Source of the DNA: the human T2T-CHM13v2.0 reference genome, Homo sapiens
Length of the DNA stretch: 64,000 nucleotides
Strand: one strand, 5' to 3'
Assembly: GCF_009914755.1 (NCBI RefSeq)
Contig: NC_060926.1
Shown: piece by piece, positions 25,101 to 40,100 of the stretch
Layout: every line of letters starts with the position of its first letter
Numbering within the stretch: position 1 is the first letter of the stretch
The notes under the pieces: generated by a model
Database searches by the model: none
Seen by the model: only the letters and a program-made list of their open reading frames with translations
Told to the model about the DNA's origin: nothing
Position numbers and translations under genes: made by a program

Positions 25101-28100
25101 TGAAAAAGGAAATATCTTCCAATAAAAGCTAGATAGAAGCAATGTCAGAAACTTTTTCATGATGTATCTACTCAGCTAACAGAGTTGAACCTTCATTTGA
25201 GAGAGCAGTTTTGAGACACTCGTTTTGTGGAATCTGCAAGTGGATAATTGTCTAGCTTTGAGGATTTCGTTGGAAACGGGATTACATATAAAAAGCAGAC
25301 AGCAGCATTCCCAGAAACTTCTTTGTGATGTTTGCATTCAAGTCACAGAGTTGAACATTCCCTTTCATAGAGCAGGTTTGAAACACTCTTTTTGTAGTAT
25401 CTGGATGTGGACATTTGCAGCGCTTTCAGGCATAAGGTGAAAAAGGAAATATCTTCCCCTGAAAACTAGACAGAAGCATTCTCAGAAACTTATTTGTGAT
25501 GTGCGCCCTCAACTAACAGTGTTGAACCTTTCTTTTGATAGAGCAGTTTTGAAACACTCTTTTTGTAATATCTGCAAGAGGATATTTGGATAGCTTTGAG
25601 GATTTCGTTGGAAACGGGATTGTCTTCATATAAACTCTAGACAGAAGCATTCTCAGAAGCTTCATTGGGATGTTTCAATTGAAGTTACAGTGTTGAACAG
25701 TCCCTTTCATAGAGCAGGTTTGAAACACTCTTTTTGTAGTATCTGGATGTGGACATTTGGAGCGCTTTCAGGCCTATGGTTTAAAAGGAAATATCTTCCC
25801 CTGAAAACTAGACAGAAGCATTCTCAGAAACTTATTTGTGATGTGCGCCCTCAACTAACAGTGTTGAAGCATTCTTTTGATAGAGCAGTTTTGAAACACT
25901 CTTTTTGTGGAATCTGCAAGTGGATATTTGTCTAGCTTTGAGGATTTCGTTGGAAACGGGATTACATATAAAAAGCAGACAGCAGCATTCCCAGAAACTT
26001 CTTTGTGATGTTTGCATTCACGTCACAGAGTTGAACATTCCCTTTCATAGAGCAGGTTTGAAACACTCTTTTTGTAGTATCTGGATGTGGACATTTGGAG
26101 CGCTTTCAGGCCTATGGTGAAAAAGGAAATATCTTCCCCTGAAAACTAGACAGAAGCATTCTCAGAAACTTATTTGTGATGTGCGCCCTCAACTAACAGT
26201 GTTGAAGCTTTCTTTTGATAGAGCAGTTTTGAAACACTCTTTTTGTAAAATCTGCAAGAGGATATTTGGATAGCTTTGAGGATTTCGTTGGAAACGGGAT
26301 TGTCTTCATATAAACTCTAGACAGAAGCATTCTCAGAAGCTTCATTGGGATGTTTCAATTGAAGTCACAGTGTTGAACAGTCCCTTTCATAGAGCAGGTT
26401 TGAAACACTCTTTTTGTAGTATCTGGAAGTGGACATTTGGAGAGATCTCAGGAATACGGTGATAAAGGAAATATCTTCCAATAAAAGCTAGATAGAAGCA
26501 ATGTCAGAAACTTTTTCATGATGTATCTACTCAGCTAACAGAGTTGAACCTTTCTTTTGAGAGAGCAGTTTTGAAACACTCTTTTTGTGGAATCTGCAAG
26601 TGGATATTTGTCTAGCTTTGAGGATTTCGTTGGAAACGGGATTACATATAAAAAGCAGACAGCAGCATTCCCAGTAACTTCTTTGTGATGTTTGCATTCA
26701 AGTCACAGAGTTGAACATTCCCTTTCATAGAGCAGGTTTGAAACACTTTTTTTGTAGTATCTGGATGTGGACATTTGGAGCGCTTTCAGGCCTATGGTGA
26801 AAAAGGAAATATCTTCCAATAAAAGCTACATAGAAGCAATGTCAGAAACTTTTTCATGATGTATCTACTCAGCTAACAGAGTTGAACCTTTCTTTTGAGA
26901 GAGCAGTTTTGAAACACTCTTTTTGTGGAATCTGGAAGTGGATATTTGTCTAGCTTTGAGGATTTCGTTGGAAACGGGATTACATATAAAAAGCAGACAG
27001 CAGCATTCCCAGTAACTTCTTTGTGATGTTTGCATTCAAGTCACAGAGTTGAACATTCCCTTTCATAGAGCAGGTTTGAAACACTCTTTTTGTAGTATGT
27101 GGATGTGGACATTTGGAGCGCTTTCAGGCCTATGGTGAAAAAGGAAATATCTTCCCCAGAAAACTAGACAGAAGCATTCTCAGAATCTTATTTGTGATGT
27201 GCGCCCTCAACTAACAGTGTTGAAGCTTTCTTTTGATAGAGCAGTTTTGAAACACTCTTTTCGTAAAATCTGCAAGAGGATACTTGGATAGCTTTGAGTT
27301 TTACGTTGGAAACGGGATTGTCTTCATATAAACTCTAGACAGAAGCATTCTCAGAAGCTTCATTGGGATGTTTCAATTAAAGTCACAGTGTTGAACAGTC
27401 CCTTTCATAGAGCAGGTTTGAAACACTCTTTTTGTAGTATCTGGAAGTGGACATTTGGAGCGCTCTCAGGACTGCGGTGAAAAAGGAAATATCTTCCAAT
27501 AAAAGCTAGATAGAAGCAATGTCAGAAACTTTTTCATGATGTATCTACTCAGCTAACAGAGTTGAACCTTCCTTTGAGAGAGCAGTTTTGAAACACTCTT
27601 TTTGTGGAATCTGCAAGTGGATATTTGTCTAGCTTTGAGGATTTCGTTGGAAACGGGTTGCATATAAAAAGCAGACAGCAGCATTCCCAGAAACTTCTTT
27701 GTGTTGTTTGCATTCAAGTCACAGAGTTGAACATTCCCTTTCATAGAGCAGGTTTGAAACACTCTTTTTGTAGTATCTGGATGTGGACATTTGCAGCGCT
27801 TTCAGGCCTAAGGTGAAAAAGGAAATATCTTCCCCTGAAAACTAGACAGAAGCATTCTCAGAAACTTATTTGTGATGTGCGCCCTCAACTAACAGTGTTG
27901 AAGCTTTCTTTTGATAGAGCAGTTTTGAAACACTCTTTTTGTAATATCTGCAAGAGGATATTTGGATAGCTTTGAGTATTTCGTTGGAAACGGGATTAAT
28001 TATAAAAAGCAGACAGCAGCATTCCCAGAATCTTGTTTGTGATGTTTGCATTCAAGTCACAGAGTTGAACATTCCCTTTCAGAGAGCAGGTTTGAAACAC

Positions 28101-31100
28101 TCTTTTTATAGTATCTGGATGTGGACATTTGGAGCGCTTTCAGGCCTATGGTGAAAAAGGAAATATCTTCTCCTGAAAACTAGACAGAAGCATTCTCAGA
28201 ATCTTATTTGTGATGTGCGCCCTCAACTAACAGTGTTGAAGCTTTCTTTTGATAGAGCAGTTTTGAAACACTCTTTTCGTAAAATCTGCAAGAGGATATT
28301 TGGATAGCTTTGAGGATTTCGTTGGAAACGGGATTGTCTTCATATAAACTCTAGACAGAAGCATTCTCAGAAGCTTCATTGGGATGTTTCAATTGAAGTC
28401 ACAGTGTTGAACAATCCCTTTCATAGAGCAGGTTTGAAACACTCTTTTTGTAGTATATGGAAGGGGACATTTGGAACGCTCTCAGGACTGCGTTGAAAAA
28501 GGAAATATCTTCCAATAAAAGCTAGATAGAAGCAATGTCAGAAACTTTTTCATGATGTATCTACTCAGCTAACAGAGTTGAACCTTCATTTGAGAGAGCA
28601 GTTTTGAAACACTCGTTTTGTGGAATCTGCAAGTGGATATTTGTCTAGCTTTGAGGATTTCGTTGGAAACGGGATTACATATAAAAAGCAGACAGCAGCA
28701 TTCCCAGAAACTTCTTTGTGATGTTTGCATTCAAGTCACAGAGTTGAACATTCCCTTTCATAGAGCAGGTTTGAAACACTCTTTTTGTAGTATCTGGATG
28801 TGGACATTTGCAGCGCTTTCAGGCATAAGGTGAAAAAGGAAATATCTTCCCCTGAAAACTAGACAGAAGCATTCTCAGAAACTTATTTGTGATGTGCGCC
28901 CTCAACTAACAGTGTTGAACCTTTCTTTTGATAGAGCAGTTTTGAAACACTCTTTTTGTAATATCTGCAAGAGGATATTTGGATAGCTTTGAGGATTTCT
29001 TTGGAAACGGGATTGTCTTCATATAAACTCTAGACAGAAGCATTCTCAGAAGCTTCATTGGGATGTTTCAATTGAAGTCACAGTGTTGAACAGTCCCTTT
29101 CATAGAGCAGGTTTGAAACACTCTTTTTGTAGTATCTGGAAGTGGACATTTGGACAGTTCTCAGGAATACGGTGATAAAGGAAATATCTTCCAATAAAAG
29201 CTAGATAGAAGCAATGTCAGAAACTTTTTCATGATGTATCTACTCAGCTAACAGAGTTGAACCTTTCTTTTGAGAGAGCAGTTTTGAAACACTCTTTTTG
29301 TGGAATCTGCAAGTGGATATTTGTCTACCTTTGAGGATTTCGTTGGAAACGGGATTACATATAAAAAGCAGACAGCAGCATTCCCAGTAACTTCTTTGTG
29401 GTGTTTGCATTCAAGTCACAGAGTTGAACATTCCCTTTCATAGAGCAGGTTTGAAACACTCTTTTTGTAGTATCTGGATGTGGACATTTGGAGCGCTTTC
29501 AGGCCTATGGTGAAAAAGGAAATATCTTCCCCTGAAAACTAGACAGAAGCATTCTCAGAATCTTATTTGTGATGTGCGCCCTCAACTAACAGTGTTGAAG
29601 CTTTCTTTTGATAGAGCAGTTTTGAAACACCCTTTTCGTAAAATCTGCAAGAGGATATTTGGATAGCTTTGAGGATTACGTTGGAAACGGGATTGTCTTC
29701 ATATAAACTCTAGACAGAAGCATTCTCAGAAGCTTCATTGGGATGTTTCAATTAAAGTCACAGTGTTGAACAGTCCCTTTCATAGAGCAGGTTTGAAACA
29801 CTCTTTTTGTAGTATCTGGAAGTGGACATTTGGAGCGCTCTCAGGACTGCGGTGAAAAAGGAAATATCTTCCAATAAAAGCTAGATAGAAGCAATGTCAG
29901 AAACTTTTTCATGATGTATCTACTCAGCTAACAGAGTTGAACCTTCCTTTGAGAGAGCAGTTTTGAAACACTCTTTTTGTGGAATCTGCAAGTGGATATT
30001 TGTCTAGCTTTGAGGATTTCGTTGGAAACGGGTTACATATAAAAAGCAGACAGCAGCATTCCCAGAAACTTCTTTGTGTTGTTTGCATTCAAGTCACAGA
30101 GTTGAACATTCCCTTTCATAGAGCAGGTTTGAAACACTCTTTTTGTAGTATCTGGATGTGGACATTTGCAGCGCTTTCAGGCCTAAGGTGAAAAAGGAAA
30201 TATCTTCCCCTGAAAACTAGACAGAAGCATTCTCAGAAACTTATTTGTGATGTGCGCCCTCAACTAACAGTGTTGAAGCTTTCTTTTGATAGAGCAGTTT
30301 TGAAACACTCTTTTTGTAATATCTGCAAGAGGATATTTGGATAGCTTTGAGGATTTCGTTGGAAACGGGATTGTCTTCATATAAACTCTAGACAGAAGCA
30401 TTCTCAGAAGCTTCATTGGGATGTTTCAATTGAAGTTGCAGTGTTGAACAGTCCCTTTCATAGAGCAGGTTTGAAACACTCTTTTTGTAGTATCTGGATG
30501 TGGACATTTGGAGCGCTTTCAGGCATATGGTTTAAAAGGAAATATCTTCCCCTGAAAACTAGACAGAAGCATTCTCAGAAACTTATTTGTGATGTGCGCC
30601 CTCAACTAAGAGTGTTGAAGCATTCTTTTGAGAGAGCAGTTTTGAAACACTCTTTTTGTGGAATCTGCAAGTGGATATTTGTCTAGCTTTGAGGATTTCG
30701 TTGGAAACGGGATTACATATAAAAAGCAGACAGCAGCATTCCCAGTAACTTCTTTGTGATGTTTGCATTCAAGTCACAGAGTTGAACATTCCCTTTCATA
30801 GAGCAGGTTTGAAACACTCTTTTTGTAGTATCTGGATGTGGACATTTGGAGCGCTTTCAGGCCTATGGTGAAAAAGGAAATATCTTCCCCAGAAAACTAG
30901 ACAGAAGCATTCTCAGAATCTTATTTGTGATGTGCGCCCTCAACTAACAGTGTTGAAGCTTTCTTTTGATAGAGCAGTTTTGAAACACTCTTTTTGTAAT
31001 ATCTGCAAGAGGATATTTGGATAGCTTTGAGGATTTCGTTGGAAACGGGATTAATTATAAAAAGCAGACAGCAGCATTCCCAGAATCTTGTTTGTGATGT

Positions 31101-34100
31101 TTGCATTCAAGTCACAGAGTTGAACATTCCCTTTCAGAGAGCAGGTTTGAAACACTCTTTTTATAGTATCTGGATGTGGACATTTGGAGCGCTTTCAGGC
31201 CTATGGTGAAAAAGGAAATATCTTCTCCTGAAAACTAGACAGAAGCATTCTCAGAATCTTATTTGTGATGTGCGCCCTCAACTAACAGTGTTGAAGCTTT
31301 CTTTTGGTAGAGCAGTTTTGAAACACTCTTTTTGTAAAATCTGCAAGAGGATATTTGGATAGCTTTGAGGATTTCGTTGGAAACGGGATTGTCTTCATAT
31401 AAACTCTAGACAGAAGCATTCTCAGAAGCATCATTGGGATGTTTCAATTGAAGCCACAGTGTTGAACAGTCCCTTTCATAGAGCAGGTTTGAAACACTCT
31501 TTTTGTAGTATCTGGATGTGGACATTTGGAGCGCTTTCAGGCCTATGGTTTAAAAGGAAATATCTTCCCCTGAAAACTAGACAGAAGCATTCTCAGAAAC
31601 TTATTTGTGATGTGCGCCCTCAACTAACAGTGTTGAAGCATTCTTTTGATAGAGCAGTTTTGAAACACTCTTTTTGTGGAATCTGCAAGTGGATATTTGT
31701 CTAGCTTTGAGGATTTCGTTGGAAACGGGATTACATATAAAAAGCAGACAGCAGCATTCCCAGAAACTTCTTTGTGATGTTTGCATTCAAGTCACAGAGT
31801 TGAACATTCCCTTTTATAGAGCAGGTTTGAAACACTCTTTTTGTAGTATCTGGATGTGGACATTTGCAGCGCTTTCAGGCCTATGGTGAAAAAGGAAATA
31901 TCTTCCCCTGAAAACTAGACAGAAGCATTCTCAGAAACTTATTTGTGATGTGCGCCCTCAACTAACAGTGTTGAAGCTTTCTTTTGATAGAGCAGTTTTG
32001 AAACACTCTTTTTGTAATATCTGCAAGAGGATATTTGGATAGCTTTGAGGATTTCTTTGGAAACGGGATTGTCTTCATATAAACTCTAGACAGAAGCATT
32101 CTCAGAAGCTTCATTGGGATGTTTCAATTGAAGTCACAGTGTTGAACAGTCCCTTTCATAGAGCAGGTTTGAAACACTCTTTTTGTAGTATCTGGAAGTG
32201 GACATTTGGAGAGATCTCAGGAATACGGTGATAAAGGAAATATCTTCCAATAAAAGCTAGATAGAAGCAATGTCAGAAACTTTTTCATGATGTATCTACT
32301 CAGCTAACAGAGTTGAACCTTTCTTTTGAGAGAGCAGTTTTGAAACACTCTTTTTGTGGAATCTGCAAGTGGATATTTGTCTAGCTTTGAGGATTTCGTT
32401 GGAAACGGGATTACATATAAAAAGCAGACAGCAGCATTCCCAGTAACTTCTTTGTGGTGTTTGCATTCAAGTCACAGAGTTGAACATTCCCTTTCATAGA
32501 GCAGGTTTGAAACACTCTTTTTGTAGTATCTGGATGTGGACATTTGGAGCGCTTTCAGGCCTATGGTGAAAAAGGAAATATCTTCCCCTGAAAACTAGAC
32601 AGAAGCATTCTCAGAATCTTATTTTTGATGTGCGCCCTCAACTAACAGTGTTGAAGCTTTCTTTTGATAGAGCAGTTTTGAAACACTCTTTTTGTAAAAT
32701 CTGCAAGAGGATATTTGGATAGCTTTGAGGATTTCGTTGGAAACGGGATTGTCTTCATATAAACTCTAGACAGAAGCATTCTCAGAAGCTTCATTGGGAT
32801 GTTTCAATTAAAGTCACAGTGTTGAACAGTCCCTTTCATAGAGCAGGTTTGAAACACTCTTTTTGTAGTATCTGGAAGTGGACATTTGGAGAGATCTCAG
32901 GAATACGGTGATAAAGGAAATATCTTCCAATAAAAGCTAGATAGAAGCAATGTCAGAAACTTTTTCATGATGTATCTACTCAGCTAACAGAGTTGAACCT
33001 TTCTTTTGAGAGAGCAGTTTTGAAACACTCTTTTTGTGGAATCTGCAAGTGGATATTTGTCTAGCTTTGAGGATTTCGTTGGAAACGGGATTACATATAA
33101 AAAGCAGACAGCAGCATTCCCAGAAACTTCTTTGTGATGTTTGCATTCAAGTCACAGAGTTGAACATTCCCTTTCATAGAGCAGGTTTGAAACACTTTTT
33201 TTGTAGTATCTGGATGTGTACATTTGGAGCGCTTTCAGGCCTATGGTGAAAAAGGAAATATCTTCCCAAGAAAACTAGACAAAAGCATTCTCAGAATCTT
33301 ATTTGTGATGTGCGCCCTCAACTAACAGTGTTGAAGCTTTCTTTTGATAGAGCAGTTTTGAAACACTCTTTTCGTAAAATCTGCAAGAGTATATTTTGAT
33401 AGCTTTGAGGATTACGTTGGAAACGGGATTGTCTTCATATAAACTCTAGACAGAAGCATTCTCAGAAGCTTCATTGGGATGTTTCAATTAAAGTCACAGT
33501 GTTGAACAGTCCCATTCATAGAGCAGGTTTGAAACACTCTTTTTGTAGTATCTGGAAGTGGACATTTGGAGCGCTCTCAGGACTGCGGTGAAAAAGGAAA
33601 TATCTTCCAATAAAAGCTAGATAGAAGCAATGTCAGAAACTTTTTCATGATGTATCTACTCAGCTAACAGAGATGAACCTTCCTTTGAGAGAGCAGTTTT
33701 GAAACACTCTTTTTATGGAATCTGCAAGTGGATATTTGTCTAGCTTTGAGGATTTCGTTGGAAACGGGATTAATTATAAAAAGCAGACAGCAGCATTCCC
33801 AGAAACTTCTTTGTGTTGTTTGCATTCAAGTCACAGAGTTTAACATTCCCTTTCATAGAGCAGGTTTGAAACACTCTTTTTGTAGTATCTGGATGTGGAC
33901 ATTTGCAGCGCTTTCATGCCTAAGGTGAAAAAGGAAATATCTTCCCCTGAAAACTAGACAGAAGCATTCTCAGAAACTTATTTGTGATGTGCGCCCTCAA
34001 CTAACAGTGTTGAAGCTTTCTTTTGATAGAGCAGTTTTGAAACACTCTTTTTGTAATATCTGCAAGAGGATATTTGGATAGCTTTGAGGATTTCGTTGGA

Positions 34101-37100
34101 AACGGGATTGTCTTCATATAAACTCTAGACAGAAGCATTCTCAGAAGCTTCATTGGGATGTTTCAATTGAAGTTACAGTGTTGAACAGTCCCTTTCATAG
34201 AGCAGGTTTGAAACACTCTTTTTGTAGTATCTGGATGTGGACATTTGGAGCGCTTTCAGGCCTATGGTTTAAAAGGAAATATCTTTCCCTGAAAACTAGA
34301 CAGAAGCATTCTCAGAAACTTATTTGTGATGTGCTCCCTCAACTAACAGTGTTGAAGCATTCTTTTGATAGAGCAGTTTTGAAACACTCTTTTTGTGGAA
34401 TGTGCAAGTGGATATTTGTCTAGCTTTGAGGATTTCGTTGGAAACGGGATTACATATAAAAAGCAGACAGCAGCATTCCCAGAAACTTCTTTGTGATGTT
34501 TGCATTCACGTCACAGAGTTGAACATTCCCTTTCATAGAGCAGGTTTGAAACACTCTTTTTGTAGTATCTGGATGTGGACATTTGGAGCGCTTTCAGGCC
34601 TATGGTGAAAAAGGAAATATCTTCCCCTGAAAACTAGACAGAAGCATTCTCAGAAACTTATTTGTGATGTGCGCCCTCAACTAACAGTGTTGAAGCTTTC
34701 TTTTGATAGAGCAGTTTTGAAACACTCTTTTTGTAATATCTGCAAGAGGATATTTGGATAGCTTTGAGGATTTCGTTGGAAACGGGATTAATTATAAAAA
34801 GCAGACAGCAGCATTCCCAGAATCTTGTTTGTGATGTTTGCATTCAAGTCACAGAGTTGAACATTCCCTTTCAGAGAGCAGGTTTGAAACACTCTTTTTA
34901 TAGTATCTGGATGTGGACATTTGGAGCGCTTTCAGGCCTATGGTGAAAAAGGAAATATCTTCTCCTGAAAACTAGACAGAAGCATTCTCAGAATCTTATT
35001 TGTGATGTGCGCCCTCAACTAACAGTGTTGAAGCTTTCTTTTGGTAGAGCAGTTTTGAAACACTCTTTTTGTAAAATCTGCAAGAGGATATTTGGATAGC
35101 TTTGAGGATTTCGTTGGAAACGGGATTGTCTTCATATAAACTCTAGACAGAAGCATTCTCAGAAGCATCATTGGGATGTTTCAATTGAAGTCACAGTGTT
35201 GAACAGTCCCTTTCATAGAGCAGGTTTGAAACACTCTTTTTGTAGTATCTGGATGTGGACATTTGGAGCGCTTTCAGGCCTATGGTTTAAAAGGAAATAT
35301 CTTCCCCTGAAAACTAGACAGAAGCATTCTCAGAAACTTATTTGTGATGTGCGCCCTCAACTAACAGTGTTGAAGCATTCTTTTGATAGAGCAGTGTTGA
35401 AACACTCTTTTTGTGGAATCTGCAAGTGGATATTTGTCTAGCTTTGAGGATTTCGTTGGAAACGGGATTACATATAAAAAGCAGACAGCAGCATTCCCAG
35501 AAACTTCTTTGTGATGTTTGCATTCAAGTCACAGAGTTGAACATTCCCTTTTATAGAGCAGGTTTGAAACACTCTTTTTGTAGTATCTGGATGTGGACAT
35601 TTGGAGCGCTTTCAGGCCTATGGTGAAAAAGGAAATATCTTCCCCTGAAAACTAGACAGAAGCATTCTCAGAAACTTATTTGTGATGTGCGCCCTCAACT
35701 AACAGTGTTGAAGCTTTCTTTTGATAGAGCAGTTTTGAAACACTCTTTTTGTAAAATCTGCAAGAGGATATTTGGATAGCTTTGAGGATTTCGTTGGAAA
35801 CGGGATTGTCTTCATATAAACTCTAGACAGAAGCATTCTCAGAAGCTTCATTGGGATGTTTCAATTGAAGTCACAGTGTTGAACAGTCCCTTTCATAGAG
35901 CAGGTTTGAAACACTCTTTTTGTAGTATCTGGAAGTGGACATTTGGAGAGATCTCAGGAATACGGTGATAAAGGAAATATCTTCCAATAAAAGCTAGATA
36001 GAAGCAATGTCAGAAACTTTTTCATGATGTATCTACTCAGCTAACAGAGTTGAACCTTTCTTTTGAGAGAGCAGTTTTGAAACACTCTTTTTGTGGAATC
36101 TGCAAGTGGATATTTGTCTAGCTTTGAGGATTTCGTTGGAAACGGGATTACATATAAAAAGCAGACAGCAGCATTCCCAGTAACTTCTTTGTGATGTTTG
36201 CATTCAAGTCACAGAGTTGAACATTCCCTTTCATAGAGCAGGTTTGAAACACTTTTTTTGTAGTATCTGGATGTGGACATTTGGAGCGCTTTCAGGCCTA
36301 TGGTGAAAAAGGAAATATCTTCCAATAAAAGCTACATAGAAGCAATGTCAGAAACTTTTTCATGATGTATCTACTCAGCTAACAGAGTTGAACCTTTCTT
36401 TTGAGAGAGCAGTTTTGAAACACTCTTTTTGTGGAATCTGGAAGTGGATATTTGTCTAGCTTTGAGGATTTCGTTGGAAACGGGATTACATATAAAAAGC
36501 AGACAGCAGCATTCCCAGTAACTTCTTTGTGATGTTTGCATTCAAGTCACAGAGTTGAACATTCCCTTTCATAGAGCAGGTTTGAAACACTCTTTTTGTA
36601 GTATGTGGATGTGGACATTTGGAGCGCTTTCAGGCCTATGGTGAAAAAGGAAATATCTTCCCCAGAAAACTAGACAGAAGCATTCTCAGAATCTTATTTG
36701 TGATGTGCGCCCTCAACTAACAGTGTTGAAGCTTTCTTTTGATAGAGCAGTTTTGAAACACTCTTTTCGTAAAATCTGCAAGAGGATACTTGGATAGCTT
36801 TGAGTTTTACGTTAGAAACGGGATTGTCTTCATATAAACTCTAGACAGAAGCATTCTCAGAAGCTTCATTGGGATGTTTCAATTAAAGTCACAGTGTTGA
36901 ACAGTCCCTTTCATAGAGCAGGTTTGAAACACTCTTTTTGTAGTATCTGGAAGTGGACATTTGGAGCGCTCTCAGGACTGCGGTGAAAAAGGAAATATCT
37001 TCCAATAAAAGCTAGATAGAAGCAATGTCAGAAACTTTTTCATGATGTATCTACTCAGCTAACAGAGTTGAACCTTCCTTTGAGAGAGCAGTTTTGAAAC

Positions 37101-40100
37101 ACTCTTTTTGTGGAATCTGCAAGTGGATATTTGTCTAGCTTTGAGGATTTCGTTGGAAACGGGTTACATATAAAAAGCAGACAGCAGCATTCCCAGAAAC
37201 TTCTTTGTGTTGTTTGCATTCAAGTCACAGAGTTGAACATTCCCTTCCATAGAGCAGGTTTGAAACACTCTTTTTGTAGTATCTGGATGTGGACATTTGC
37301 AGCGCTTTCAGGCCTAAGGTGAAAAAGGAAATATCTTCCCCTGAAAACTAGACAGAAGCATTCTCAGAAACTTATTTGTGATGTGCGCCCTCAACTAACA
37401 GTGTTGAAGCTTTCTTTTGATAGAGCAGTTTTGAAACACTCTTTTTGTAATATCTGCAAGAGGATATTTGGATAGCTTTGAGTATTTCGTTGGAAACGGG
37501 ATTAATTATAAAAAGCAGACAGCAGCATTCCCAGAATCTTGTTTGTGATGTTTGCATTCAAGTCACAGAGTTGAACATTCCCTTTCAGAGAGCAGGTTTG
37601 AAACACTCTTTTTATAGTATCTGGATGTGGACATTTGGAGCGCTTTCAGGCCTATGGTGAAAAAGGAAATATCTTCTCCTGAAAACTAGACAGAAGCATT
37701 CTCAGAATCTTATTTGTGATGTGCGCCCTCAACTAACAGTGTTGAAGCTTTCTTTTGATAGAGCAGTTTTGAAACACTCTTTTCGTAAAATCTGCAAGAG
37801 GATATTTGGATAGCTTTGAGGATTTCGTTGGAAACGGGATTGTCTTCATATAAACTCTAGACAGAAGCATTCTCAGAAGCTTCATTGGGATGTTTCAATT
37901 GAAGTCACAGTGTTGAACAATCCCTTTCATAGAGCAGGTTTGAAACACTCTTTTTGTAGTATATGGAAGGGGACATTTGGAACGCTCTCAGGACTGCGTT
38001 GAAAAAGGAAATATCTTCCAATAAAAGCTAGATAGAAGCAATGTCAGAAACTTTTTCATGATGTATCTACTCAGCTAACAGAGTTGAACCTTCATTTGAG
38101 AGAGCAGTTTTGAAACACTCGTTTTGTGGAATCTGCAAGTGGATATTTGTCTAGCTTTGAGGATTTCGTTGGAAACGGGATTACATATAAAAAGCAGACA
38201 GCAGCATTCCCAGAAACTTCTTTGTGATGTTTGTATTCAAGTCACAGAGTTGAACATTCCCTTTCATAGAGCAGGTTTGAAACACTCTTTTTGTAGTATC
38301 TGGATGTGGACATTTGCAGCGCTTTCAGGCATAAGGTGAAAAAGGAAATATCTTCCCCTGAAAACTAGACAGAAGCATTCTCAGAAACTTATTTGTGATG
38401 TGCGCCCTCAACTAACAGTGTTGAACCTTTCTTTTGATAGAGCAGTTTTGAAACACTCTTTTTGTAATATCTGCAAGAGGATATTTGGATAGCTTTGAGG
38501 ATTTCTTTGGAAACGGGATTGTCTTCATATAAACTCTAGACAGAAGCATTCTCAGAAGCTTCATTGGGATGTTTCAATTGAAGTCACAGTGTTGAACAGT
38601 CCCTTTCATAGAGCAGGTTTGAAACACTCTTTTTGTAGTATCTGGAAGTGGACATTTGGACAGTTCTCAGGAATACGGTGATAAAGGAAATATCTTCCAA
38701 TAAAAGCTAGATAGAAGCAATGTCAGAAACTTTTTCATGATGTATCTACTCAGCTAACAGAGTTGAACCTTTCTTTTGAGAGAGCAGTTTTGAAACACTC
38801 TTTTTGTGGAATCTGCAAGTGGATATTTGTCTACCTTTGAGGATTTCGTTGGAAACGGGATTACATATAAAAAGCAGACAGCAGCATTCCCAGTAACTTC
38901 TTTGTGGTGTTTGCATTCAAGTCACAGAGTTGAACATTCCCTTTCATAGAGCAGGTTTGAAACACTCTTTTTGTAGTATCTGGATGTGGACATTTGGAGC
39001 GCTTTCAGGCCTATGGTGAAAAAGGAAATATCTTCCCCTGAAAACTAGACAGAAGCATTCTCAGAATCTTATTTGTGATGTGCGCCCTCAACTAACAGTG
39101 TTGAAGCTTTCTTTTGATAGAGCAGTTTTGAAACACCCTTTTCGTAAAATCTGCAAGAGGATATTTGGATAGCTTTGAGGATTACGTTGGAAACGGGATT
39201 GTCTTCATATAAACTCTAGACAGAAGCATTCTCAGAAGCTTCATTGGGATGTTTCAATTAAAGTCACAGTGTTGAACAGTCCCTTTCATAGAGCAGGTTT
39301 GAAACACTCTTTTTGTAGTATCTGGAAGTGGACATTTGGAGCGCTCTCAGGACTGCGGTGAAAAAGGAAATATCTTCCAATAAAAGCTAGATAGAAGCAA
39401 TGTCAGAAACTTTTTCATGATGTATCTACTCAGCTAACAGAGTTGAACCTTCCTTTGAGAGAGCAGTTTTGAAACACTCTTTTTGTGGAATCTGCAAGTG
39501 GATATTTGTCTAGCTTTGAGGATTTCGTTGGAAACGGGTTACATATAAAAAGCAGACAGCAGCATTCCCAGAAACTTCTTTGTGTTGTTTGCATTCAAGT
39601 CACAGAGTTGAACATTCCCTTTCATAGAGCAGGTTTGAAACACTCTTTTTGTAGTATCTGGATGTGGACATTTGCAGCGCTTTCAGGCCTAAGGTGAAAA
39701 AGGAAATATCTTCCCCTGAAAACTAGACAGAAGCATTCTCAGAAACTTATTTGTGATGTGCGCCCTCAACTAACAGTGTTGAAGCTTTCTTTTGATAGAG
39801 CAGTTTTGAAACACTCTTTTTGTAATATCTGCAAGAGGATATTTGGATAGCTTTGAGGATTTCGTTGGAAACGGGATTGTCTTCATATAAACTCTAGACA
39901 GAAGCATTCTCAGAAGCTTCATTGGGATGTTTCAATTGAAGTTGCAGTGTTGAACAGTCCCTTTCATAGAGCAGGTTTGAAACACTCTTTTTGTAGTATC
40001 TGGATGTGGACATTTGGAGCGCTTTCAGGCATATGGTTTAAAAGGAAATATCTTCCCCTGAAAACTAGACAGAAGCATTCTCAGAAACTTATTTGTGATG

